64,000 bases of DNA from Deinococcota bacterium (lineage in GTDB: Bacteria; Deinococcota; Deinococci; Deinococcales; Thermaceae): assembly GCA_041695225.1 (NCBI GenBank), contig JBGFRI010000046.1, positions 32,001-96,000 on the forward strand, read 5' to 3'. The position numbers were made by a program, and so were the translations under genes. Positions 20,360-29,956 of this stretch are shown in pieces. A model generated the notes under the pieces. That model searched no databases, was not told the origin of the DNA, and was given only the letters and a program-made list of their open reading frames with translations. Positions within the stretch are counted from its first letter, which is position 1, and each line of letters opens with the position of its first letter.

Positions 20360-22243
20360 TTATTCTTCCAGCGTACTTAAGTCGCCGGGGTCGCGCCCCA
20401 TTTCCTGGGCCTTGAGCAGACGGCGCAGGATTTTGCCGCTGCGGGTTTTGGGGAGTTTGTCAAGAAAGACTAGATCGCTAGGGGTAGCGATGGGGCCAAG
20501 CTCGAGGCGCACATGCTGCACAATCTCAGCCTTGAGAGTCTCGGTTCTTTCCCGCCCAACCCGCAACACCACAAAAGCCTTGATGTTCTCGCCCTTTATG
20601 GGGTCAGGCACGCCAATTACGGCCGCTTCGGCAATAGCCGGGTGGGAGACCAGGGCGCTCTCCACGTCGGCAGTGCCGATGCGGTGACCGGCTACATTGA
20701 GCACATCATCCGCCCGGCCCAGCACGGCAAAGTATCCTTCGGCCGTTTTGCTGGCCACGTCTCCTGCGGCATAGAGGTTGCCAGGAATTTCAGTCCAGTA
20801 CTGGGTATAGCGGGCGTGGTTGCCCCAGATGGTGCGCATCATATGGGGGAAAGGCCGCTTGAGGGCTAGCAATCCTCCGGTTCCTGGCGATACTTCTTTG
20901 CCGTCGGCGTCTACTACTAATGCTTCCACGCCGGGAAGTGGAACTCCTACAAAACCCGGCTTGGCTTCCATAACCAATGGGGTTCCCAGGGTAGGGCCGG
21001 CCAGCTCGGTCTGCCACCAGTTATCGGCCACAAAGCCACGCTTTCCCCCGTCCATAAGGTATTCCACCGCCCACTGCCAGGCCTCGGGGTTGAGTGGTTC
21101 GCCCGCCACCCCAATAAACCGTAGTGATGAGAGGTCGTGCTTGGCGGGCCACTGCGGGCCAAACTTCATGAACATGCGCACCGCGGTGGGAGCGGTGAAA
21201 AGTACGTTTACCCGGTAGCGTTCAACGGCCTGCCATATAGCGCCAGGGTCAGGATAGTCGGGAGCGCCTTCACGCAGAATGCTGGTCACGCCTGCTAGTA
21301 GCGGCGCATATACAATGTAGCTGTGGCCGACAATCCAGCCGATATCCGAGGCGGCCCAGTATACATCGGACTCCTTAACGTCGAAAAAAGAGTGCAGGTG
21401 GTAGGCCGTGCCGACCATGTAGCCGCCGTGCACGTGCACCACTCCCTTAGGTTTGCCGGTGGAGCCCGAGGTGTAAAGAATGAACAGCGGGTGTTCGCTC
21501 TTTAGCGGAACAGCCTCGGTTTCGGGACCGTGCGACCATAGCAACTGGTTGAACTCGTACAAACCTGGGCCAGTGGGCGCGGCCTTGCTGCGGCAGAACC
21601 AGACCGTAGGCACCTCCAGGTCTTCGGTGGCCTGGAGCACGATGGACATAAGATCTACCGGTTTCCCGCGGCGGTAGCTGACATCCCCCGCAATCAGCAG
21701 CCTGGCCCCGGCATCCATAATGCGCTCCCGCAGCGCCGAGACTCCCAGCCCGGCATACACCACCGAGTGAATCGCGCCGATGCGAGCGCAGGCCAGCATG
21801 GCAATAATCCCCTCGAGGGTCAGGGGCATATAAATGATCACGCGGTCCCCGGTCTGAACTCCCAGACTTTGCAGCCCGGTCGCAAAGCGCGAAACCCGGT
21901 CAAGTAACTCGCCGTAGGTAAGCTTTTGCTCGCTACCGTCCTCGGTCAGGGAAATTAGGGCCACCTGGTTGCGTCTGGGGCCCCCGACATGGCGGTCGAG
22001 GGCGTTGTAGGTGATGTTGGTGGTACCCCCCACAAACCACTGGTGATCGGGAAAGTTCCACCGGAGCACCTGGCCAAAAGGCTCAAACCAGTGAAATTTC
22101 ACGGCCTGCTGGCCCCAAAAACCCTCTGGGTCTTGCAGGCTGTAGGCATACTCGGCAGCGAAATTGGGGATGTTGGCGTTTTGCCTTTGTTTAATGGGCG
22201 CCAGATAGCTAACCTTCGACTTTAGTAGTTGCTCGAGTTCCAC
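20360..22243 (-). CDS. acs: Acetate/propionate--CoA ligase
   Basis: [30 protein letters not shown] and [11 protein letters not shown] motifs; GTG start preceded by GGAGG. Confidence 0.9.
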   Translation of the reverse strand: MELEQLLKSKVSYLAPIKQRQNANIPNFAAEYAYSLQDPEGFWGQQAVKFHWFEPFGQVLRWNFPDHQWFVGGTTNITYNALDRHVGGPRRNQVALISLTEDGSEQKLTYGELLDRVSRFATGLQSLGVQTGDRVIIYMPLTLEGIIAMLACARIGAIHSVVYAGLGVSALRERIMDAGARLLIAGDVSYRRGKPVDLMSIVLQATEDLEVPTVWFCRSKAAPTGPGLYEFNQLLWSHGPETEAVPLKSEHPLFILYTSGSTGKPKGVVHVHGGYMVGTAYHLHSFFDVKESDVYWAASDIGWIVGHSYIVYAPLLAGVTSILREGAPDYPDPGAIWQAVERYRVNVLFTAPTAVRMFMKFGPQWPAKHDLSSLRFIGVAGEPLNPEAWQWAVEYLMDGGKRGFVADNWWQTELAGPTLGTPLVMEAKPGFVGVPLPGVEALVVDADGKEVSPGTGGLLALKRPFPHMMRTIWGNHARYTQYWTEIPGNLYAAGDVASKTAEGYFAVLGRADDVLNVAGHRIGTADVESALVSHPAIAEAAVIGVPDPIKGENIKAFVVLRVGRERTETLKAEIVQHVRLELGPIATPSDLVFLDKLPKTRSGKILRRLLKAQEMGRDPGDLSTLEE

Positions 22244-22360
22244 AGCGGGCCTCCATTGAAGCTTATTTTTTCAGAGGTAACGGGGGACAAATGCCGCTGA
22301 CAGCCTTTGATTGTTCATACCACCACAACGGGCTTATCGTCTGGCCAGACCGATCAGTGC

Positions 22361-25012
22361 TCAAAGCTCCAGCGTAGACAGGTCTCCGGGGTCGTCGCCA
22401 AGTTCCTGGGCTTTGAGCAGGCGGCGCATGATTTTCCCACTCTTGGTCCGGGGTAGCTGGTCTATGAACTCTACTTCGGTGCGCAGACCGGTGTTGCCCA
22501 GCTGGCGCCGCAGATGGGCCTGGAGCTTGGCGGCTAGAATATCGCGCACCTCGAGGCTGGTCTCGCGGGTCTTGAGCACCACATACACCTTGATCACCTC
22601 GCCAAGCTCTGGCCTGTTCACGCCAACCGCTGCGGCCTCGGCCACCGCCGGGTGCGAGAGCATGGCTCCCTCGATCTCCGCTGTGCCAATGCGCAGATCG
22701 CCCGCTTTTATCACATCGTCTGAGCGGCCTAGCAAGGCAATATATCCATCGTCATCTTGTACCGCAATGTCGCCGGAGGCATAGCAACCAGGGATGCGGC
22801 TCCACTGTTCGGTGTAGCGGCCCGGGTTATTCCAGAAGGTTCGCATGAAGTGAGGGAAGGGGTTGCGAATCACCAGATGCCCTTTCTGGCCAGGGGGTAG
22901 CTGGTTTCCCTGAGCGTCCACCACAGCCATCTCTACCCCGGGTAGTGGAAAACCAGCCTTACCAGGCTTGGCTGGCAGGCAGAGGGGGGTGGACAGACAA
23001 GGACCGCCAGTCTCGGTCTGCCACCAGTTGTCCACTACATGAGCCAGGTGGTTTGCAGTCCAGTGCCAGACCTCGGGGGCCAGGTACTCGCCGACGCTAG
23101 CCACCAGGCGCAAATCGGAGAGCTGGGCTTGCTTGGCCCAGTCTTCGCCGTGCTTGCGTAGGGTGCGCAGCCAAGTAGGGCTGATGATGAGCACGTTTAC
23201 ACCACAATCTTCCAGGGTTTTATAAAAACTGCCAGCATCCGGGTAGTCCAGCCGCTCGGCCCGCAGGACGGTGGTCAGCCCTTCCAGCAGGGGGGCGTAC
23301 AGGCCATAACTGTGTCCCACAATCCAGGACAGATCGGCGGTGGCCCAGGAGACCTCGCCATCCTTAAGGTCAAACAAGGTACGAAGGTGATAGGTGATGC
23401 CGACCATGTAGCCGCCATGAACATGCACCACTCCCTTGGGCTTGCCGGTAGAGCCCGAGGTAAACAGGATGAAGAGGGGGTGTTCGCTATCAACCGGCAG
23501 GGCCGGTGTGGTGGGCTGGTGTGCTTCGATCAACTTCCAGAACTCCAGCGGCCGTACCTCACCGGCCCGGCTAAACCAGAGCACCGGCAGGTCCAGACCC
23601 TGGGTGGCTTCCTCGACCAGGCTGGCGAAGGGTATGGTTCGCCCTCCGTGATGCATACAGTCGGCCGCTACCAGTAAGCGGGCCCCGGTGTCTTCCAGGC
23701 GTTCGCGCAGGGCCGGGCTGCCCATGCCGGCAGGAACTGCCACATGCACCGCCCCAATGCGGGCGCAGGCCAGAAAGGTCAGGGCCATTTCCAGTCCAGT
23801 CGGCATGTAGACTGCAACCCGGTCACCGGCCTGAATGCCCAGCGAACAGAGCCCCCCGGCCAGGCGCGAGGTAAGGTCGCGAAGCTCGCGATAGGTTAGC
23901 TTGTGCACACTTCCATCGCCCGCCAGGGCAATCAGGGCTAGCTGGTTGCGCTTTGGGCTGTCGGCGTAACGATCCAGCGCATTGTAGGTGACGTTGGCGC
24001 TGGCGCCGCAAAACCAGCGGTGGTGGGGAAATTCCAACTGCCGTACCTGTGTCCAGGGGGAGAACCAGTGAAAGCGCCTGGCCCAGTCTTCCCAGAAAGC
24101 CTCGGGGTGATCCAGGCTGCGCTGGAACTCGACGTGATAATCCTGGAGATTCAGACTGGCTAACAGTCCAGCTGGCGCCCATACCGGGTTCTCCTCGCTG
24201 GATGTGCCCAGTGGGCAGGTCTCGGCTGAAGCCAGAGTCTGGGGCTCGTCTAAGGTGGGCTGCACCAGTAAGTCGGCATGGCTGGAAGCCGCCCGGGCCA
24301 CGTCTTGCGCTGCGCCGGCCAGCCGGGTAAATGCGTAAGGAAACCGCCTCGAGGGCACCACTACCCCAAAAGACCCCACAACCCGACCATCGCTGCCAAA
24401 AATGGGGGCCGCCAGCCCCGAGATGCCGTCGGCGTACTCCTCCATCTCCACCGCAAAGCCCATCTGCCGTACCTTGCAAAGCTCTTCTTCCAGCGTCAGC
24501 GGGTCGGTGATGGTCAGGTGGGTAAAAGCCTGCAACTCCTGCAAGTGGGGCGCCAGTTGCTCGGGGTCCAAGTAAGCCAGCACCGCTTTGCCCAGCGCCA
24601 GGGCGTGCAAACCCTTGGTAATCTGGTCATCCAGACCTGGCGGCTTGGGCAAGCCCTGTCGTCCTCGAGTGGTCAGGCGCAGCCTGCCCTGGCGGTCCAG
24701 CAGCGCCAGGTAGGTGCGCTCCCTGGTGCGCAGATAGAGCTCTTCTAAGGCATGAGAGAGTTTTCCCGGGTCAGGCAGGCCTGCCGGGACTGGCTTGAGC
24801 GCAGTACCAGTATTGGCCAGCCGATAGGTGCTGCCCTCCCGCACCGCAAATCCCTCCGAGACCAGACTTGCCAGCAAAGCATAGGCGGTGGACAGGCTTT
24901 TGCCTAAGAAAGCTGCCAGCCGGGCTGCCTCCACCCCTTCAGGGTGTTCGGAGAGGTAGGCCAGCACCCGTAGTGCGGCCTGAACGGTGGTAAGCTTTCG
25001 GCTCTGTGCCAT
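22361..25012 (-). CDS. IclR-family regulator fused to an acetyl-CoA synthetase-like domain
   Basis: N-terminal HTH (LAAFLGKSLSTAYALLASL) and IclR effector domain (LHALALGKAVLA, GFAVEMEE, LAAPIF), followed by a full ACS fold ([32 protein letters not shown]). Confidence 0.92.
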   Translation of the reverse strand: MAQSRKLTTVQAALRVLAYLSEHPEGVEAARLAAFLGKSLSTAYALLASLVSEGFAVREGSTYRLANTGTALKPVPAGLPDPGKLSHALEELYLRTRERTYLALLDRQGRLRLTTRGRQGLPKPPGLDDQITKGLHALALGKAVLAYLDPEQLAPHLQELQAFTHLTITDPLTLEEELCKVRQMGFAVEMEEYADGISGLAAPIFGSDGRVVGSFGVVVPSRRFPYAFTRLAGAAQDVARAASSHADLLVQPTLDEPQTLASAETCPLGTSSEENPVWAPAGLLASLNLQDYHVEFQRSLDHPEAFWEDWARRFHWFSPWTQVRQLEFPHHRWFCGASANVTYNALDRYADSPKRNQLALIALAGDGSVHKLTYRELRDLTSRLAGGLCSLGIQAGDRVAVYMPTGLEMALTFLACARIGAVHVAVPAGMGSPALRERLEDTGARLLVAADCMHHGGRTIPFASLVEEATQGLDLPVLWFSRAGEVRPLEFWKLIEAHQPTTPALPVDSEHPLFILFTSGSTGKPKGVVHVHGGYMVGITYHLRTLFDLKDGEVSWATADLSWIVGHSYGLYAPLLEGLTTVLRAERLDYPDAGSFYKTLEDCGVNVLIISPTWLRTLRKHGEDWAKQAQLSDLRLVASVGEYLAPEVWHWTANHLAHVVDNWWQTETGGPCLSTPLCLPAKPGKAGFPLPGVEMAVVDAQGNQLPPGQKGHLVIRNPFPHFMRTFWNNPGRYTEQWSRIPGCYASGDIAVQDDDGYIALLGRSDDVIKAGDLRIGTAEIEGAMLSHPAVAEAAAVGVNRPELGEVIKVYVVLKTRETSLEVRDILAAKLQAHLRRQLGNTGLRTEVEFIDQLPRTKSGKIMRRLLKAQELGDDPGDLSTLEL

Positions 25013-25217
25013 ACTGAGCTCCCGGGGTCAGGGCGTACTTGTAGCATATCAAGCGTTGTCGCCAAAGTTAGCATCAACGCCAGTATCTCCCGTACCAAAC
25101 CTGTCAGAAGCCAAATTTTTGGCAAACCTTTCGGCAGGCCTGGCGCTATTATGGTTTCCCTGCTCCGTGGTCTCAAGTAATTAGGCAATTCCGATTATTT
25201 GCAAAACTCGAGCTTTC

Positions 25218-25246
25218 TTGACTGTCTTGTCAATTCCCCCTACATT
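25218..25246 (+). promoter_or_regulatory. sigma70-type promoter of acs with overlapping palindrome TTGAC-N6-GTCAA
   Basis: TTGACT-17 nt-TACATT; palindrome at 25218-25233. Confidence 0.65.
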
Positions 25247-25328
25247 TACTGGTGAATAAGGAATGTTTGGCCAAATAGCTACAGTCTTGTAGTTTCTTTG
25301 GGGTTTTAGATCCAGAAAGGAACGGGTT

Positions 25329-27278
25329 ATGGATAAAATCGAAGCTGTCCTCAAAGAAGATCGGGTCTTCCAGCCTTCCGAGGAGTTCAGACGATCGGCC
25401 CGGCTGAGTAGTCTGGAAGAGTACCAGGCGCTCTACCGCGAAAGCCTGGAAAAACCTGAGCAGTTCTGGAGCCGTATCGCTTCCGAACTACACTGGTTCA
25501 AACCCTGGGACAAGGTCTTGGAGTGGGACCCTCCTAATGCCAAGTGGTTTATCGGCGGCCAGATCAACCTGTCTTACAACTGCCTGGACCGTCACCTGGC
25601 CACCCGAGGGAACAAGGCCGCTATCATCTCCGAAGGAGAGCCGGGTGACTCACGCATCCTCACCTACCAGCAGCTGCACCGCGAGGTGTGTAAGTTTGCC
25701 AATGTGCTCAAGAGTCTGGGGGTGGGCAAAGGTGACCGGGTCACCATCTACCTGCCCATGATTGCCGAGGCCGCCATTGCTATGCTGGCCTGTGCCCGCA
25801 TCGGGGCCGTGCACTCGGTGGTGTTTGGTGGTTTCTCGGCCTCGGCTCTGGCCGGTCGGATCAACGATGCCCAGGCCAAAGTGCTAATTACCGCCGATGG
25901 GGGCTTCCGCCGGGGCAACGTGGTACCGCTAAAGGCCAACAGCGACGAAGCCCTGGCCGATACTACCAGCATCCAGCAGGTGGTAGTGGTGAAGCGCGCC
26001 GGGAACCAGATCGCCATGGAGCCGGGCCGCGACCACTGGTACCACGAGCTAATGGCGGGCGCCTCGGCGGTGTGTGATCCGGAGCCCATGGATGCCGAAG
26101 ACCCGCTTTACATCCTGTATACCTCGGGCTCCACCGGCAAACCCAAGGGCGTCCTGCACACCAATGGGGGTTATTCGGTATTCACCTACCTTACCACCCA
26201 GTACGTCTTCGATCTCGGGGAGTCTGACACTTACTTCTGCACCGCCGATGTGGGCTGGGTTACCGGCCACAGCTATGTGCTTTATGGCCTGCTGCAAAAC
26301 GGCGCCACCACCCTGATGTACGAAGGTGCTCCCAACAGCCCCGACGAAGGCCGCATCTGGAGTATCATCGAGAAATATAGCGTGAACATCCTGTATACTG
26401 CGCCCACCGCCATCAGAGCCTTCATGAAGTGGGGCGAGCAGTGGCCGCGGAAATACGACCTGTCCAGCCTGCGCTTGTTGGGCACGGTAGGCGAGCCCAT
26501 CAACCCCGAAGCCTGGCTGTGGTACTACAAGGTAATTGGCAAGGAGCGCTGCCCCATTGTGGATACCTGGTGGCAGACCGAGACCGGGGGCATCATGATT
26601 ACCACCCTGCCCGGGGTGCACGCCATGAAGCCAGGGCATGCGGGTCTGCCCCTTTTTGGTGTGCAGCCCGAAATTGTGGACACTTCTGGCCAGCCTATCC
26701 GCAGCCCCGACGAAGGTGGGCACCTGATCATTCAAAAACCCTGGCCCTCCATGCTGCGTACGGTCTGGGGCGACCCTGAACGCTTCGAGCGGCAGTATTT
26801 TGCCCAGTATCCCGGCAACTATTTCACCGGCGATGGGGCCCGGCGCGACGCCGATGGCTACTATCTGATTCTGGGTCGGGTGGACGATGTGCTCAATGTC
26901 TCGGGCCACCGCCTTGGCACCATGGAGGTGGAGAGCGCCCTGGTCTCTCACCCCGCGGTAGCCGAAGCCGCAGTGGTGGGCCGCCCCGACTCCATCAAGG
27001 GGGAGGCCATTGTAGCTTTTGTCACCCTGAAGACCGGTCAGACTCCCAGCAGCGAGCTGGTCGGTGAGCTAAAAGCCCACGTGGTAAAGGCCATTGGGGC
27101 CATTGCCCGCCCCGACGAGATCCGCCTGACCGATGCCCTGCCCAAAACCCGCTCCGGCAAGATCATGCGGCGCTTGTTGCGGCAGGTGGCCTCGGGCGAG
27201 GAGCTCAAAGGCGATACCAGCACCTTAGAAGACATGGGTGTGGTGGAGCGTTTGCGGGCCATGTCGGCGCAGCCCTAA
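25329..27278 (+). CDS. acsA: Acetyl-CoA synthetase (canonical)
   Basis: [47 protein letters not shown] and [11 protein letters not shown] motifs. Confidence 0.96.
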   Translation: MDKIEAVLKEDRVFQPSEEFRRSARLSSLEEYQALYRESLEKPEQFWSRIASELHWFKPWDKVLEWDPPNAKWFIGGQINLSYNCLDRHLATRGNKAAIISEGEPGDSRILTYQQLHREVCKFANVLKSLGVGKGDRVTIYLPMIAEAAIAMLACARIGAVHSVVFGGFSASALAGRINDAQAKVLITADGGFRRGNVVPLKANSDEALADTTSIQQVVVVKRAGNQIAMEPGRDHWYHELMAGASAVCDPEPMDAEDPLYILYTSGSTGKPKGVLHTNGGYSVFTYLTTQYVFDLGESDTYFCTADVGWVTGHSYVLYGLLQNGATTLMYEGAPNSPDEGRIWSIIEKYSVNILYTAPTAIRAFMKWGEQWPRKYDLSSLRLLGTVGEPINPEAWLWYYKVIGKERCPIVDTWWQTETGGIMITTLPGVHAMKPGHAGLPLFGVQPEIVDTSGQPIRSPDEGGHLIIQKPWPSMLRTVWGDPERFERQYFAQYPGNYFTGDGARRDADGYYLILGRVDDVLNVSGHRLGTMEVESALVSHPAVAEAAVVGRPDSIKGEAIVAFVTLKTGQTPSSELVGELKAHVVKAIGAIARPDEIRLTDALPKTRSGKIMRRLLRQVASGEELKGDTSTLEDMGVVERLRAMSAQP

Positions 27279-27399
27279 CAGTGTCCGAAAGAGAGGAGAG
27301 ACCAGTAGAGTCGCTAAGAGCAGATTAGGACATCCAGATGGCTTCTTTGGAAAAATCGGTCTTGGCTAGGTGAAAGTGAAATCACGGGAGGTAAGAGAT

Positions 27400-28656
27400 A
27401 TGACTAGTTTACCAGCAGGAAGTCAACCCGTAATCTCGAGGTGGAGCATCCCCGTCGCAGGGCTCTTTCTCACTTTGATGGGCGGCATCGCCTATGCCTG
27501 GGGTGTTTTCGTGGTGCCCCTGCAGACAGCCTTTGGCTGGAGCAGGGCCGACGCGGTGCTCCCGGTATCCGTCTTTCTGGTAACTTATGCTGTTGTAGGC
27601 ATGCTTCTGGGCGGGTACTTGCAGGACAAATTTGGCCCGCGAAGAATTATCATCTTGGGGGCGATTTGTTTCTTCGTTGGCTATGCTCTGGCTGCGCAGG
27701 TGCACCACCTACCATATGTCTGGTGGCTAGTGCTCACCTACGGGCTAATCGGTGGGGCTGGGTCTGGCTTTGTTTATAGCGCGGTTATTCCGACTTGCAG
27801 AAAATGGTTTCCTGACAGAACTGCGGTCGCTGTGGCTATAGGCGTGACCGGCTTTGGTCTGGCAGCGGTCTTTTTTGCTCCGTGGCTTAGCCATCTGCTT
27901 GGCACCATCGGCATCGGTAGCACCTTTCTTGTTCTGGCTGCTATAACCTCTGCGGTCTCACTGGTTGGGGCCTGGATCTACCGCCTGCCGCCAGCGGGCT
28001 GGACTGCCCCGCAAGGGAAGGAGGGTCAGCCGGCAGGCTCGACCATCATGCTGGCCCCCAGGACCGAGAAGACCCTTGCCGAGGCCATGAAGACCCCTCT
28101 GTTCTATTTGCTGTGGCTGGGGTTCTTTAGTGTAATATTTGGCGGCTTGATGGCCATGGCCCACCTAGTTCCATACGGAAGGACTATTCTGGGTTTGGAA
28201 GCGCCTGTAGCCGCCCTAGCGATGGTTTTTTTCGGGCTAACCAACGGCTTCGGCAGGATAGCCGCCGGCCTGCTGGCCGAAAAGTTTGGCCCGGCCAACG
28301 TAATGCTGGGGTCTTACGTTTTCGTGGGGCTGGGGTTCTTGCTGTTTAACACCTTGGCCCTGACGGCTGGAACGCTGTACTTCTTTGCATTTCTATTTGG
28401 CTGGGGCTTTGCAGTCACCCTGGGGCTGTTCCCAACCCTGACAACCGTCTCATTTGGGGTAAAGAACCTGGGCGCTGTTTATGGTGCAGTGATTACCGCC
28501 TTTGCCGCTGGCGCTTTCTTTGGCCCCATGGTGGGGGGCTGGGCCTACGACGCCACAGGAACATACGTCACACCGTTTGCTATGGCCGGGACATTTGCCC
28601 TATTTGGATGGACCCTTGTTCTCCTGGCTTACAAACTGAAGTACAAGCTGCCATAA
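27400..28656 (+). CDS. OFA-family MFS transporter (oxalate/formate antiporter-like)
   Basis: GIAYAWGVF, GYLQDKFGPR, KWFPDR, NGFGRI and FGVKNLGAVYG motifs; GGAGG before ATG 27400. Confidence 0.85.
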   Translation: MTSLPAGSQPVISRWSIPVAGLFLTLMGGIAYAWGVFVVPLQTAFGWSRADAVLPVSVFLVTYAVVGMLLGGYLQDKFGPRRIIILGAICFFVGYALAAQVHHLPYVWWLVLTYGLIGGAGSGFVYSAVIPTCRKWFPDRTAVAVAIGVTGFGLAAVFFAPWLSHLLGTIGIGSTFLVLAAITSAVSLVGAWIYRLPPAGWTAPQGKEGQPAGSTIMLAPRTEKTLAEAMKTPLFYLLWLGFFSVIFGGLMAMAHLVPYGRTILGLEAPVAALAMVFFGLTNGFGRIAAGLLAEKFGPANVMLGSYVFVGLGFLLFNTLALTAGTLYFFAFLFGWGFAVTLGLFPTLTTVSFGVKNLGAVYGAVITAFAAGAFFGPMVGGWAYDATGTYVTPFAMAGTFALFGWTLVLLAYKLKYKLP

Positions 28657-28974
28657 GTTCAAGTAGCCAAAACCGATCTGGGGTGGTCTGTGGTTTCACA
28701 GGCCACCCCATTGCCATGAAAGTGACGCCAGGCTGAGTTTTATACGTTCTCACTGCTAACATTAGAGCATGGTTTGCAGGACATGTTCGGCGGGGTTTTT
28801 GGTTCTGCCCGGGAGCCCCCGGTGTAAGTGTTGTCAAGGCTAGTCTGTGGCGGCTTATATGTGGTTCCGAACCGACCTCTGGGGACATCAACCTCAAGTA
28901 TTCACCAGCTGTTTCTGAAGGGGCCGTGCAGGGCAGCTTAGGGGTTGCCGGAAAGGCTTGGGAGAGTGGTTAAA

Positions 28975-29841
28975 GTGAGATCTGGTCGCAACCCTGTTCC
29001 CACCACCAAAAACCGCCCCAAAGCCAGAGCCCGAACCTGGCTATTCAGGGTAGAGGGCGAGCAGGTCTACCCACGTTCCGACCAGATTGTTACCGAGGAG
29101 CCGCTGGAAATACGGCTGGTTGCGGGTGAGCTAAGGCAGACCCTGGCAGTGACCATGCGCACCCCGGGCAACGACTTCGAGCTGGCGGCCGGCTTTCTAT
29201 TTGCCGAGGGGCTGGTCGGGCGCCGGGAAGAGATCCGGCGTATCGCCTACTGCACCGACCAGGATGAGCCGCAGCAGTACAACATTGTCAATGTCGAGCT
29301 GTGGGCTAACACTTTACCCAACCTAGCCCCGCTCGAACGGCACTTCTACACCACCTCGGCCTGTGGGGTATGCGGCAGGGCGGGACTTGATAATTTGCGT
29401 TTGCGCTGTTCGAGGCTCGAGTCCTCGCTGCAGGTATCCGCCCAAACCATTGCCACCCTACCCCATACGCTAAGGGAACATCAGGGTCTGTTTGCACAAA
29501 CCGGCGGGCTGCACGCAGCGGCCCTTTTCGACCAGAACGGTAATCTGATCCAGGTAAGGGAAGACGTTGGCCGCCACAATGCGCTAGACAAGCTGGTGGG
29601 CTGGGCTCTGCTGGAAAACCGACTGCCCCTCACAGAGTGCCTGGTTCTGGTGAGTGGGCGGGCCTCTTATGAGCTGGCGCAAAAAACCCTGGCGGCTGGT
29701 ATCCCCATTCTGGCTGCTATCTCGGCCCCCAGCAGCCTGGCGGTTGAACTGGCCAGAGAGTTCAACCTTACCCTGATCGGGTTTTTACGGGGGTCATTCA
29801 ATATTTACAGTGCAGCAGAACGTATCATTTTTCCCCGGTAA
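28975..29841 (+). CDS. fdhD: Formate dehydrogenase accessory sulfurtransferase
   Basis: EEPLEI, TMRTPG, SACGVCG, TGGLHAAA, EDVGRHNALDK and SAPSSLA motifs. Start uncertain (28945-28975). Confidence 0.95.
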   Translation: MRSGRNPVPTTKNRPKARARTWLFRVEGEQVYPRSDQIVTEEPLEIRLVAGELRQTLAVTMRTPGNDFELAAGFLFAEGLVGRREEIRRIAYCTDQDEPQQYNIVNVELWANTLPNLAPLERHFYTTSACGVCGRAGLDNLRLRCSRLESSLQVSAQTIATLPHTLREHQGLFAQTGGLHAAALFDQNGNLIQVREDVGRHNALDKLVGWALLENRLPLTECLVLVSGRASYELAQKTLAAGIPILAAISAPSSLAVELAREFNLTLIGFLRGSFNIYSAAERIIFPR

Positions 29842-29865
29842 CCAGGAGTGATGTTACCGCCCAAT

Positions 29866-29950
29866 TACCAAGGCACCACCTACCTGCCCTACCAAGGCAC
29901 CACCTACCTACTTCCCTTACCAAGGGGGGTTGGGGGGATTTAGGGCAGGT
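29866..29950. repeat. Short tandem duplication plus palindromic element between convergent genes
   Basis: TACCAAGGCACCACCTACCT occurs twice, followed by CCCTTACCAAGGGGGGTTGGGGGGATT. ACCTGCCCTA and TAGGGCAGGT form an inverted pair. Confidence 0.6.
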
Positions 29951-29956
29951 GTGTAT

